NCBI RefSeq assembly: GCF_011386835.1
Contig: NC_088797.1
Span: 29,574,001 to 29,638,000 of the forward strand
Direction of reading: 5' to 3'
Length of the DNA: 64,000 nt
DNA from: Chrysemys picta bellii
Lineage: Eukaryota
This document shows, in pieces, positions 9,435 to 21,460 of this stretch. The notes beneath the pieces are model-generated. The model searched no databases and had not been told where the DNA came from. It saw only the letters and a list, made by a program, of their open reading frames with translations. The translations under genes and the position numbers were made by a program. Numbering within the stretch: the stretch's first letter is position 1; the number at the start of each line of letters is the position of its first letter.

Positions 9435-12410
9435 GACCCCCGTCTCCTAGACGCACCGTCCCCAGCGCAGCCAGCTGCCCCCTTCCAGCGGCGCGCGGCT
9501 CGGGGGGTCCGGGCTGCAGGGGCTGAGCCCGGCGGAGGGAGAGGAGGATGGTTCCCCCCTTCCCGGGGCGGGGGATCCCGGCAGAGGGTGCGCGCCCCCG
9601 CGGTGCTGGTGTCTGCCGGGGCTCAGTGCAGCCGGCGCATCCTGCGGCGGGGACCCGCCGGGGCGGGGGGTGGGTAGCGGGGCTGCGGCTCGGAGTGATG
9701 CTGGAGAGGGGGGAGGATGGAGGAATGGGGAGGGGGGAGGAAGCCGTGACGTGGGAATAACAATGCGAACGGCACAAATGCCAGCAGCGGCACCGCATCC
9801 CCCAGCCCGGCCGGCGGGCGGGCTGGCTCTGGGGCGGGGGGAGGCTACGACGGGTGGGGGGAGATGACAGGCGGGGGGAGGGGTGGCTAGAGTGGGCCGC
9901 TCGGGCCAGGCTGGGAGTCTAGATCGGGTGGGGCAGCGGCGGGAGGGGGGCGTGACAGGTGCCTGTGATGGAGACGGGGACGCGGGGAACTCGGGTTTGG
10001 GGGGGAAGGGAAGGGGAAGGAGGGCGGGGGGGACTAGTGCATGGCAGGAGCGAAGGGCTAGGGCAGGTTAGGTGGGTAAAGGGGAGGAAGGGCTGGGGGC
10101 GGGGCGAGGCGAGGGGTGCTGGGTGTGTAGGAAGGAGGTGGGGGCAGGTGTTCAGTGGGAGGCCAGGTCTCCCCCACGGATGTATCGGGGGGCTGAGTGC
10201 GCTGGGGGAGTACAGCCTGTCTGTGACCAGCGTGCACCAGTGACATTCGGGTCATAAACCAGTGACCTGAGGCCCTCCCTGAGCTGCATCTGGTATGGCT
10301 GGGGGAGGGAATTGATGGAGTCCTACAGGGGAAAGCGCCCCTTACCCCTTCCTTGCAACACAGCACTCCCCTGGGCCACTGCCCCCCACCAAGCGCCTGC
10401 CCCACTCCCTATAGCACCCCTCCCATATTGGGGCCTGCTCTGACTGCTTCTTACTGAGCCCACCCCCACCCCAGCTACTTCTCCCATCGCCCAGCTGTGC
10501 TCCCCCCCCCCCCACACACACACACTCTGTTCTGAACAGGCGGGGAGGGGCTGCCAGGAATCCTGTCCCAGAGACAGGAAGGATGTTGGGCTACAATGGA
10601 AAAGGAGATACGGGGTGGGGGGAGGAAGGAAGTGCTGTTAACCCTTCGGGCCCCACGCAGGCCTGGGTAGGGAGAGGGGTGCTAACAACCCCCCCCACAC
10701 ACACACACACACAGGGACGCCAGGAAGGGGGCTGCTGTCTGGGAAGGGGCTAAGGGAAGAGGTAGAGGGCAAGGAGCAAAGGGGCTTTGAACCCAGGTCT
10801 CTGGGGGAGGATGTTCTCTAGCAGGGAGGAGGTCTGGGTGGGAGCTGAATCTAGGCATCTGGGGGGCGTTTTCTACCAGGGAGGAAGTTGGGGGGGGTGG
10901 AACCCAGGAGTCCGGAGCATGATTCCTAGCAGGGAGAGGGGTGGGGGTTCAATAGCAGGAGGGAGGGGGAATCTCTAGCAGGAAGTGGGGCTTGAACCCC
11001 GGAATCCAGAGGTCATTCCCTAGCAGGGAGCAGGGGTTGGGGAGTAGATGGGCCATGGTTGGCAGATAGATCCAGATTCCTGCAATGCCGAGACTGTTGG
11101 GAACAAAGGGCCTTTGTGTTCCCGCTGGGACTTGGGCGGGGGGAGGGAAGGGAAGCTGGAACATGGGCACAAGGCAGGAAAGGGAGAGGTGGGACAAGAG
11201 GCTGGGAATGGGAGACCCCAGCGCACCCCACTCGGGGTTACCGAATGCCCCCTCCCCGAGAGACCTCCAACTGGGCAGGACCAGGGCTGGCCTAGGAGAC
11301 CAGGAGAATCCAGCTCTGCAGAGAATGGGGGCGGCGGGGGCGTTCTCCCCTCGGATTCAGGGCTGACCCCAATGCCCCCAGCACAGTGCAAGGGATTCTT
11401 ACATAAACGGCCCCCAGGCCTCACCCCACGTGGCTGCATCTCAGCTCCCAGCGAGGGATCCCTCCAGAAACAGAGTGAAAGCTGGCTGCAATTGAGCTGC
11501 TAAAGAGAAAGCCGGGGAGTCTGCCCTCTTCACAGCCTCAGAGGGGAGAAAGCGCCCCCGAAATCCTCCCTGTAACTGCAGAGGACAAAGGAGACCCCAG
11601 GGACACCAGATGCAGCCTGCAGAGGGGCGCGCCGGGACCTTCCGCAGTTCCCCTAACCCATGTTAAATCATAGGCTGGAGTAGCGGCAGATCCAGATCGG
11701 CGTCTGCCCATCCCTTCCAGAGCTAGGGACAGAACCCAGGCGTCCTGGCTCCGTGTTGCTCACACCCAGATGGCTCCGCCCCGTGCAGGGTGACGCGTGC
11801 AGCCATGCTGCTCCTGCGACCTGGAAGCAAACAGCTCCGGGGTCATATGGAAAGTGTCAATCGGGGGACACCTCCGCAGGTTCGTCTTTGTGCTGGGGGT
11901 GGGGGGAGCTGGGAGCCAGGACTCCTGGGTTCTGTCCCCCGCCCTGGCATGGGAGTGGGGTCTAGTGGTTAGAGCAGGGTGGGGCTAGGTGCCAGGACGC
12001 CTGGGTTCTGTCCCAACTCTGGGAGGGGAGTGGGGTCTAGTGATTAACACAGAGTGGGGCTGGGTGCCATGACTCTGGGGTTCATTCCCAGCTCTAGCAG
12101 GGGAGTGGGTCTAGTAGTTAAAGTGGAGTGGGGGTGGGAATCAGGACTCCTGGGTTCTCTGTCAGCTCTGGGAGGGGAGTGGGTCTAGTAGAGCAGGGGG
12201 ACTACAGGCAGGACTCTCTGGCTCTCAGTTATTGTATCAGGGGGTGGTCCCCATGGTACGACTGTCCCCCTGCTCTACTAGACCCACCCCATTTTGCCCC
12301 CTTCTCTCCCCACAGGCTCCCTGTCTCTTCTCTGGAGGCCAGCAGGGGGCAGCTGGGAGTTTGGGTCCAGCTCCTGGAGCCTTGGCCAGGCTGAATTGGT
12401 GCCGTGGGCC

Positions 12411-15400
12411 ATGACCAACGACTTGGACATCTTCGTGGGGAACACCACGCTGATAGATGAGGAGGTGTACCAGCTCTGGCTGGATGGGTACTCAGGTATG
12501 GGGATTGGGGGGCTGGATGCCAGGATTCTGCCCCGGCCCGTGGGGGGAATTAGGGTCTAAGTGGGCTAGAACAATGGGTGACTGGAGGTCAGGACTCCAG
12601 GACTCTACCCCCAGCTCTGAGAGAAGAGTAACTCTGGGTGAGTGTTTCCCTCCCCAACAACCCATCTGTGCCTCAGTTTACCCTGTTGCTTTGCTAATGC
12701 CAAGGAGGGAAATAGGATGGTTGTCCCATTGACCCTGTCCCCCGATAGCGGGTGGTGATAGATGACGTCTTGCCCTGCCCCACTCCACGCATTGATCTGA
12801 CTTCTGAGCCCCTTTCCCCTCCCAGTGAGTGATGTGGTGGGGGGTTGACCCTGCTGACCTCAGCCCCTTACCCCTCCCAGTGAGTGATGCGGTGAGCCTG
12901 CGGCTGCGCAGCGGGATCCTGGAGCAGACGGGGGCCACGGTGGACGTGCTGCAGAGCGACACCATGGATCATTACCGCACCTTCCACATGCTGGAGCGCC
13001 TGCTGCACACCCCCTCCAAGCTCATCCACCAGCTACACTTTCAGATCCCCCCCTCCCGCCAGGCCATGCTCATTGAAAGGTGTGGGGGTATGGGGCTGGA
13101 AGAGGAGGGGGTTGGACCCAAGGCTGGAGGGAGGCCAGATGGAGGCCAGGAGGCTGGGTGGGGAAGTGACGGGGGCAAGGCCAGGAGGGAAGGGGGGAGG
13201 TTGGGGAAGTTTGGCCCAAGGCTGGGGGGAAGGAAGGGAGGAGGAAACTGGGCCTGAGGCTGGGGGGAAAAGCTGGGCCCAAGTGGGGGGGGGGGGGGCA
13301 GAAGCCCAGCCCATGGCTGAATGGGGGAGGGGAAGCTGGACCAAGTTTGTGTGGTGTGTGTGTGTGTCTGAGGTCCCACTGGGGGAGTCTGAGGCTCTGG
13401 GGGCACAGGGGTGTCTGAAGCACAAGTGGAGCAGAGAGGGGGCAGCTGAGGTGTTGGGGTATGGGTGTCTGAGGTGCCCTCTGTCTCCCACTCCTGCGGC
13501 GGCAGGTACTATGCCTTCGACGAGGCCTTCGTGCGTGAGGTGCTGGGCAAGAAGCTCTCCAAGGGCACCAAGAAGGACCTAGATGACGTCAGCACCAAGA
13601 CAAGCATCACCCTCAAGAGCTGCCGGCGCCAGGTATGGCTCAGCCTGGGGCTCCCATAAGCCTCTGGGGCAGCAGTTACCATTAGACCCAAGCTGGCAGC
13701 TCTATGAGTCTCTCAGACAGTGGCCCCTATCAGATCACAGGCCAGGGGTTCCCATGAGCCTGTAGGGCAGCAGCTACCCTCAGGCTCTGAGCTGGCAGCT
13801 CCCATGAGCCCCTGGGGCAGCAGCCTGTCGGAACATGGGCTAGGGACTCCCATGAGTCTCTGGGGCATCAGGACACAGGCTGGGGATTCCCATGAGCCTC
13901 CTACACCATAACACCTATCTGGACCCTGGCCAGGGGGATTCCCAGGATCCTCTGGGGCGGTGTCTCCCATCAGGCCCCAGGGTGGGGGCTAGCTGGCTCA
14001 GGGTGGGGGGAATGGGATACGGGGCCCTTCCCCTCTAGGGCTCTGACTCTCTCTCCCTTCCCCCCCCCCCACTGGTGTCCTCCTCAGTTTGACAACTTCA
14101 AGCGGGTGTTTAAGGTGGTGGAGGAGATGCGGGGGTCCCTGGTGGAGAACATCCAGCAGCACTTCCTGCTCTCAGACCGGCTAGCCAGGTAACAGGTCGG
14201 GGGGGTACCAGTGGGGCACACCATGATGTAGCTCTGCCCCTAGAGTGTCTCTGCTGGGTTGGCTTGACCCCTCCTACACTACACAGAGCCCTCTGCTGGG
14301 CTAAGGCTCCCTGGAGCAGTGAGGCTGGAAATTAACATCTCCTTAGGATGCCGGGGGTCCTGGGGCAGCTCCCTCTAAGCAATCAGCTCAGGCTCTCTGC
14401 ATGCTCAAGCAGAAACGATCACATGACTCCAGGATCTGGAATCCTGGGCTCGAGCCTGCAACCCTTGGACCGTCAGCTGGGCCTGCTCAGCACAGACCTG
14501 AGCTGCTCTAAGCCATCCTTTCAGATCTGGGTGCACTCGCCTGGCAGTCAGTGCTGGCCCCAATGCCATGCTGCAGAGAGTGGGGCGGGAGGGAGGGACA
14601 GAGGAATTTTCTGATTCAGTGTACGGCACCCTCCCCTACCTCACCCCCAGGGACTACGCTGCCATCGTCTTCTTCGCAAACAGCCGCTTCGAGACGGGCA
14701 AGAAGAAGCTGCAGTTCCTGACCTTTGAGGATTTCGCTTACTGCGCAGAGCAGATGATCCAGAACTGGACACTGGGAGCCGTGGGTGAGACTGGGGACCC
14801 CCGGCTTGGGAGGAGATGGGGCAAATCGTAGCCCCTAAAGAGCTGTGCCTGGACAGCTCCTGGCACAATCATTCAAAAACACCCCATGGTGCTATGGGGA
14901 CCTGCAATGTCAACTTACTCTATGGGCGTGGGGGAGGGGAGGCAACATCATACGTAGCTCAGCCTGGTTCTGTGGGGTTGTGCTGTGGGGAATGCATCAG
15001 CTGGACTTCCCCTAGAACGGGGAGCTACCCACTGTGGTCCCAGACTTATTCCCGCCTCTGTGTAACCAGCCCCCACGCCCCAGCCCAGAGGTGGCTGCAA
15101 ATCAGTGCTGGGTTACGGATCCCTGTAGAAACAGCTCCTCCACACCCCAAAGCCTTCTCCCATTGTCCACCTGTTCCCCCCAGACTCCAATGTGGACGAC
15201 ATGGACGTGGATCTGGATAAGGAATTCCTGCAGGAACTCAAGGAGCTCAAGGTGCTGATCGCGGATAAGGATCTGCTGGATCTGCATAAGAGGTACAGAC
15301 CTGATGTGGGCGGGGCTGGGAGCCAGGACTCCTGGGTTCTCTTCTCCATGTGGTCTGTGTTGTAGTGCATGTGGTGGAGCTGGGAGGAGTAGCATTTTTG

Positions 15401-17417
15401 GGGGTGTCTGTTCTGTCCATATGTGATGCCGTTTCTTGGCCCCAGGCCTGGGGAGAGCTGGCAGCGGGCCCCTGACCTCTCTGTCCCCCTGCAGCCTGGT
15501 GTGCACGTCACTGCGCGGGAAGATCTCGGTGTACAACGAGATGGAGGCCAACTTCAAGGTGTGTCCTGGGGCCAGGGGTGGAGCACAAGGAGGGAGTAAT
15601 GGGAATGTGGAGGGAGGATTCCCCCTGCCTGGTTCAAGAAGCCCCCTTCAGTGGCCAGGCTTCTGAGTGGTGCCCCCCGTTGGCAACACCTATCAATGCA
15701 TTTCCTCTGCGTTACCTGATCACATGGGTCCCCCGTGTGCCAGTGAAGAGCTGGAGCCCATGGCCTGGCTTGCCTGGTGCCACAGCCTCCTGCTCTGGAC
15801 CCCCTGAACCCCCCACCTCCATCTGCACCTGGCATGCCTGAGGCATCCACCAGAGGGGGATTCTGAGTCAGGCTGCCTGGCCCCACAATGCCTGGGGGCA
15901 CTGGGGCCATGGACACCCTCCCCTCAGATCCATCCTCCTCTCCTTTTCGGGTGTCCCCAGCTCCACCCTCGGCCCCTACCCCTCTCCCAGCTTGGAACTG
16001 GGAGGCAGGATTCCTGGGTTCTCTCCCCTGCTCAGTCACCAACTCACTGAGCGACCCTGGTGAGTCCCTTCCCCTGTGTGTGAATTGGGGGGCAGGGGAG
16101 GGCGGTTTGTAACTGCGCAGATCTGTGAGGCGTGAGGGCCCTCGTGACTCTCTGGTGACCTGTCTGGGCCCCACAGAACCTGTCACGGGCACTGGTCAAT
16201 ATGGCCTCTAAGCTGATCCACACCAAGGACGTGCGTGACTTCTTCATCGACCTAGTGGAAAAGGTACCACCTCGCATGCACCCTGCACGCATTCCCCACC
16301 CATCCCATTCCCTCCCCCCCGGCGGTCATGGCCCCCCGCATCCAGACACAGGAGGCTTCACTGACTGGTGGACATACCCCCATACACTGCCCCATATATA
16401 CCAACCCCTTCTCCCCCCCCACACACACATAGACTTCTCAGATTCTCCACCGCCAGGATTTAATGTCTGTGGGTGAATTGGGGGTGGCATGGCACTCCTG
16501 GGCGCCCCCGAAGCCAGCCCCCAGAACACATGCTGCCTTTCATGCCTGGGAAGAGGGAGATTTGACCTTCATGCCCTGATCGCCCCCCAGCTTCCATGCT
16601 GGTGGGGGCAGGAAGTTGGTTAGTGCCCAGGACGGGGAGGGGGACTATACTGGGGACTCTGGCCCGTTGGGAACTGGGCTGAGACCCATCAGCTCACCCC
16701 ACATGGGGAATTATAGACTTGGAGAGGCACCTAGAGGGGAAATGCCCCAGGTCCCATTTCCCCAACCCCCTGAGCCAGCCAGTCCCAATTCCCAGCAAGC
16801 AGGGGGTGAGGGTGAGATTGAGGTTGTGGGGTGTTGCCCCCAGGATGCAGACTGTCTGACTCCTTTTCCCCTTTCTCCCCAGTTCATTGAGCCCTGCAAG
16901 TCAGATAAGTGGACCTTGAACGACGTCCGTCTCTTCCTGACGCAGTACACGACATCCGCTCACAACTTGGACGCCTTCCGGTAAGTGCCGCCCACCAGGG
17001 ACGTGGGGGCCGCCACCACCAAAATCACTGCACACAGACTCTTCCTGTCTTAAACTCGAGGGTAGCGTTAATGGCAGCTGTTAACCAGAAGCCCCACCCC
17101 AGAGCCAGCTGCATCTGAGCACCAAGCGAGGGATCCCTTCATAAACAGCCTCTGTTCTCCACTTCACAGAAGGCTGCATCTCAGCACCAGGTGACAGAAC
17201 CCCTTATATGTAGCCCCATACCCCACCCCAGAGCAGCTGCATCTCCATTCCAGGCGAGGGGTCCCTGTATAAACAGCCTCCATGCCCCACCCCAGAGGTG
17301 GACGCGTCTCGGTGCTATTGTCTGACATCCCAGTTCTTTACCTGCAGGCACCAGGCTCTCTGGGATCGGTACATGAGCACCATCAAATCCTGCTTGCTTA
17401 AGATGTACCACGACTGA
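12411..17417 (+). CDS. FIBP: FGF1 intracellular binding protein, 357 aa, 10 coding exons
   Basis: Exons 12411-12495, 12881-13079, 13506-13632, 14088-14188, 14651-14784, 15184-15292, 15495-15558, 16177-16263, 16883-16980, 17348-17417. All introns are GT-AG and the total is 1074 nt. The protein [28 protein letters not shown]...[28 protein letters not shown]...LLKMYHD* is FIBP. An acceptor at 12315 indicates a 5'UTR intron. Confidence 0.97.
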
Positions 17418-17567
17418 CAAGCAGGGGGAGCCCTGAATGTTTTAAATGCCCTGCTCTGCCACTGATCCTTCTGCCAGATCCCTCTGCCCTGGTTCTTCCC
17501 CAGGGCCGGGCGCTGCCTCCCCCAAGATTCCCTCTCTCCATCTTCGGAGTTTTAGCTCATTTTGGAA

Positions 17568-17573
17568 AATAAA
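17568..17573 (+). terminator. FIBP polyadenylation signal
   Basis: AATAAA 150 nt after the stop, followed by a GU/U-rich tract (about 17586-17620). Confidence 0.8.
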
Positions 17574-17625
17574 TGGAAGAGCCAATTGTTGGATTTGAGT
17601 TTTTGTTTGGATTTTGTTCAAAGCA

Positions 17626-17880
17626 CGGGCCTGGCCCGGTATCCCCATTGCCACCAGCCCCCAATCGGAGCCATGGGGCCAACCCAGTATCGCTACTACC
17701 GACACTCCGTGGATCAGAACCAGGGCCCAGCCTGGTATCCCCACCCTGCCCTGGATCGGAGTCATGGGCTCGGCCTGGTATCCCCATCCCATCCGCAATC
17801 GGAGCCACGGGCCCGGTTGGTATCCCCACCATCAACACCCCCTGGATTGGAGCTACAGTGCCAGCCCGGTTTTCCCTTCC
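17626..17880 (+). repeat. Degenerate minisatellite, about 45-bp unit, 5-6 copies
   Basis: GGTATCCCCA...GGATCGGAGCCAYGGGCYCRGCC recurs. Confidence 0.75.
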
Positions 17881-19379
17881 CCATCCGTGGGCGGCTGTGG
17901 CGGAGCCGTTTCCAGGAGTTGCTGCCTCCCCATGGTCACAATTCAGCTCCTTCCAGGACTCATCTTTGAGGTGACCCATGCTATGGGGAAACTGCCAGAT
18001 GTGGGGGGGCTCCCTCAGATCTACGCATGGCTTTGGGAGAAACACAGACCCCGGAGCTGAACAAACCTAATGAGATTTCACCCCACACACTGCTACATCC
18101 CTGCATACAGCTCGTGGGGAGCCCAGGAGTGGGCTAGCAGGGGGCTGTGAGCCAGGATTGAGGAGTGCTGGCAGAACTGGGAAGGTGAGGGGTGGGGCTA
18201 GGGCTGGGCTAGCAGGGGGCTATGGGCCAGGATTGAGGGCCACAGCTGTGTCATTGATTCTATTTACCATAATTTACTCTAAAATGTAAATAGGAAATGA
18301 AGGGCCAAAGTCTTGAGTGAGCACTCTGGGGGCAGGGGATACATGTTGGTGGAAGTTTGTTTGGGATAGAACCCAGGAGTCCTGATTCCCATTCCCCCTC
18401 CCCACGCCACATGTCTCTGTTCTCCAGACGCCCCTGCACAGGGGCCCAGTGCCAGCTCAGACAGAAAACCGGAGCGTCCGTGCAGCTAATCCCTTCCCCA
18501 GGGGGCTGCTCTGTCTGTGCCTCCCCATTCCTGAGTGAGGCCCTGGGGGCACCATACCATACCGCTGCCCCGCCCCAGCTCCCAGAGCTCCGCGTAGAAC
18601 TCCGGGGTTCTAGCCCAACTCGGGGAGGTGGTCTAGTGGTTAGAGCAGGGGGGGCTGGGAGCCAGGACTCTAGGTTCTGTTCCCAGCTCTGGGAGGGGAG
18701 GGGAGTCTGAGGGGTTAGGGCAGGGGGAGGGCTGTGAGCCAAGACCCTCCAGAAAAGGTTTGAAGTTCCAGTGGGGGGAAGCCACAGTCTCATGCCTGGG
18801 ATCCACCCTGGTGTGCGTGTATCCAACACGGATCCATAGATCTTCAGGCCAGAAGGGACCATGAGACCAGCTAATCTGGGGGCCCAGGCCGGAGAATGTC
18901 ACCCCCTCACCCCCGGTGCTGAGCCTAGGCACGGGTGCTGGACTGAAGCATCTTCCTGAAGGTAGCCAGGCTGGAGCTGGAGACCCTGGGCTGTTTGGTC
19001 CCAGGGTTAATTAACCTCAGGGTTAAAAACAATGCTGCATTTCTCCTTGGACCATGTCCAGCTTTAACACTGGGGAAGGCTATCAGGGTGTCCACACCTC
19101 TGCGGGGGGCTCTGGGCTCTTTTCTCCCTCCCCCTCCAGGAACTCACTAGCCACTTGTGTAAGTCAGCAAAGGTCACCGGCTGGGGAGCAGGATGGCACA
19201 CAGGGCCTAACCCCTCTCGGGGGTGCCGCTGAGTGGCCAGGGGATAAATGCACAGACACAGAACCCCCATCCCCTGCTGAGATGGGGCATGTGCGGGGAG
19301 GGTGTGTTTAGAGAGGGACAAATGAGCCTTGGGATTAACAGTCCCCACTCCCTGGGATGGGGTGGAGATGGACAGGAAG

Positions 19380-19990
19380 GGAGGACAGAGGTGGAGATGA
19401 GTGGTGGGGGTTCCATGGGGGTGGGCAGGAGGTGGCAGAGAGGGTGTGGAGACAGGGGTTTCCAGGGAGAGGCAGGGGTGTGTGGAGGGGGGAGTGGAGG
19501 GAGGCTGGGGGCCAGGGTGTTGATGGGTGGGTGAGTGTCTGGGGCGAGCAAAAGAGAACAGTGCTGGGGCAGAGGAGTCTAGGGTTGATGGGGGTGAGGG
19601 TGGAATGGTTGGGGGCTGAGCGTCTTGGGGGCAGGAGGGTGGAGCGGGGCTGTGGGGAGGACAGGGATGATGGGGCTGGAGCGGATGGGGCAGGAGGTGA
19701 TGAGGTGGAGTGGCAGGGGGTGACGGGGCTGGGGCAGGAGGTGGAGCAGTGGGGAGCTGGGGCAGGAGGGGGTGGGGGGCTGGAGCGGCTGAGGCAGGGG
19801 CTGCAGGGGGCAGGGGTGGAGTGATGGGGGGCTGGGGCAGGAGATGATGGGGTGTGGCTGGAGCAGGAGGTGATGGGGCAAAGCGGTGGGGAGCTGGGGC
19901 AGGGGCCGCATAGGGGTGGAGGTGATGGGCTGGAGCGGTGGGGGGCTGGGGCAGAGGCTGCATAAGGGCGGGGGTGGAGGTGATGGGGGG
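19380..19990 (+). repeat. G-rich low-complexity repeat (GGGGCTGGGGCAGGAG-like) upstream of the EFEMP2 promoter
   Basis: Repeated GGGGCTGG(A/G)GC(A/G)GG(A)G units and very few C-runs. G4-prone. Confidence 0.7.
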
Positions 19991-19999
19991 GCGCAGGGG

Positions 20000-20470
20000 C
20001 TGCAGGGGGCGCGGTCTCGCAGCTGGCCGGCCCGGGGCGCGCGGCGCCGGCTGTAAGTGGATCCAGGTGCGGGGCGGGTCCCGCTGGCTCGGGGCCAGGA
20101 ATTCGGGGCAGGGGGGCCGGGGGGAGCCAGCGCGTCTCTCCCAGAGAGCCTCGGCCGCCAGCGCCCGCTCCGTGTGCGCCCGCCCGGCCGTGGGGGATCG
20201 GGCCAGACCGTCCTGCCCGGGGGGCGCAGACCGGACCCCCCCGGCCTGAGCACGGGGGCGGGGGGCCGATCCCGGACGGTAAGTGGGGCCGGAGCCGTGC
20301 AGGGGTCAGTGCGGGGATCCCCCGGAGCGGACCGGGCCGTGTATGGGTCGAGCCCTGCGGGGGTGGGGATCCCGGGTGGCGTTATCTTTAAAAGCAGGAA
20401 AACACCCAGGGCCGCCCTGCGCCCCAAACTCCTGGAATCCCCCTTTGTATCCGTGGCACCAGCACCGCGA
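20000..20470 (+). promoter_or_regulatory. EFEMP2 CpG-island promoter and non-coding exon 1 (donor GTAAGT at 20279)
   Basis: CpG-dense with GC boxes. A perfect donor ACG|GTAAGT lies at 20278/20279. Exon 2 begins with an acceptor at 23384, 4 nt before the ATG, matching the human gene structure as recalled. Confidence 0.7.
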
Positions 20471-20759
20471 TTGGGGGGGATCCTAACCGGACGTGCTGGG
20501 ATCGGTGCAGGGTCAGAGGGACCCCGCCAGGTCAGACCCCTCCCTAAGGCCCAGATAAGCCATTTGTGACCCACTGACCCCAAAGGTGAGGGGAGAGAGT
20601 ACCCCTAACGGAGCCAGCTCAGAGATTGGGGGGGGGGAATTAAGATTTTTGGCTGGACCAAAGTTTAGATTGCCCCCCTTCCTCCGCCTCACCCCCTAAC
20701 TGCCTGTCCCCCACCTGGCCGAACCCTATGCTGCCTGATTCCCCCCCCTCCTTCCCTGA

Positions 20760-21460
20760 TCCCTTCCCCCCTTATGCTCCCCACACCATTTGCCCTTCCA
20801 CTGTTAGGATCCTTCCCCAATTCCCCTCCCCCCAACCTCCCCCACCACCCACCTCCCCACTGCTGGGATCCTTCCCCAATTCCCCTCCCCCAGCCCCTGC
20901 TCCCCACACCGCCTGTCTCCCCACTGATGAGATTTTCCACCAATTCTCCCCCCCACCCCCAGCCAGCACTCCCAACGACTCCTGTTTCCCTTGCCTGTCT
21001 GATCCCTGCCTCAGCCTAAATTTCCCCGTGGCCCTCACCTCCTTTGCTGCCATGATCCCTTCCCTGCTCTGTGATCCCCATACTGCCTGCCTCCCCCATG
21101 GCTGGGATCCCTCTCTGATCTGTGCCCTGGCCTACATTCCCCATGGTGCCCACCTCGCTCCCTGCCAGGGATCCTGCTGTCAGGATCCCTCCCCCACCCT
21201 GCACTCCCCACACCATCTGCCTCCCACAGCTGGGATCCTTCCCCAATTCCCCTTCCCCCATATCATGTTCTCCACACACCCCACCTCCCCCACTGCTGGG
21301 ATCCCTCCCAGTCCATCTCCTCTACTGCTGGGATCCCAGCCTGCGCTCCCTACACTGCTCACCTCCTGCCCCCCCGCATGGCTGGGATCCCCCACAGCCT
21401 GCACTCCCTACACTGCCTGCTTCCCCCACTGCTGGGATCCCTCCCAGTCCATCCCCCACA
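20760..21460 (+). repeat. C-rich degenerate minisatellite (CCCCACTGCTGGGATCC core) in EFEMP2 intron 1
   Basis: About nine variants of the core between 20800 and 21440. Confidence 0.75.

Larger units (their letters stand above)
8370..9990. promoter_or_regulatory. CpG island over CCDC85B and its promoter, probably shared divergently with FIBP
   Basis: Dense unmutated CpG, GC boxes, and a CRE/ATF-like TGACGTG at 9747-9753 next to a GGAAG. Confidence 0.7.
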
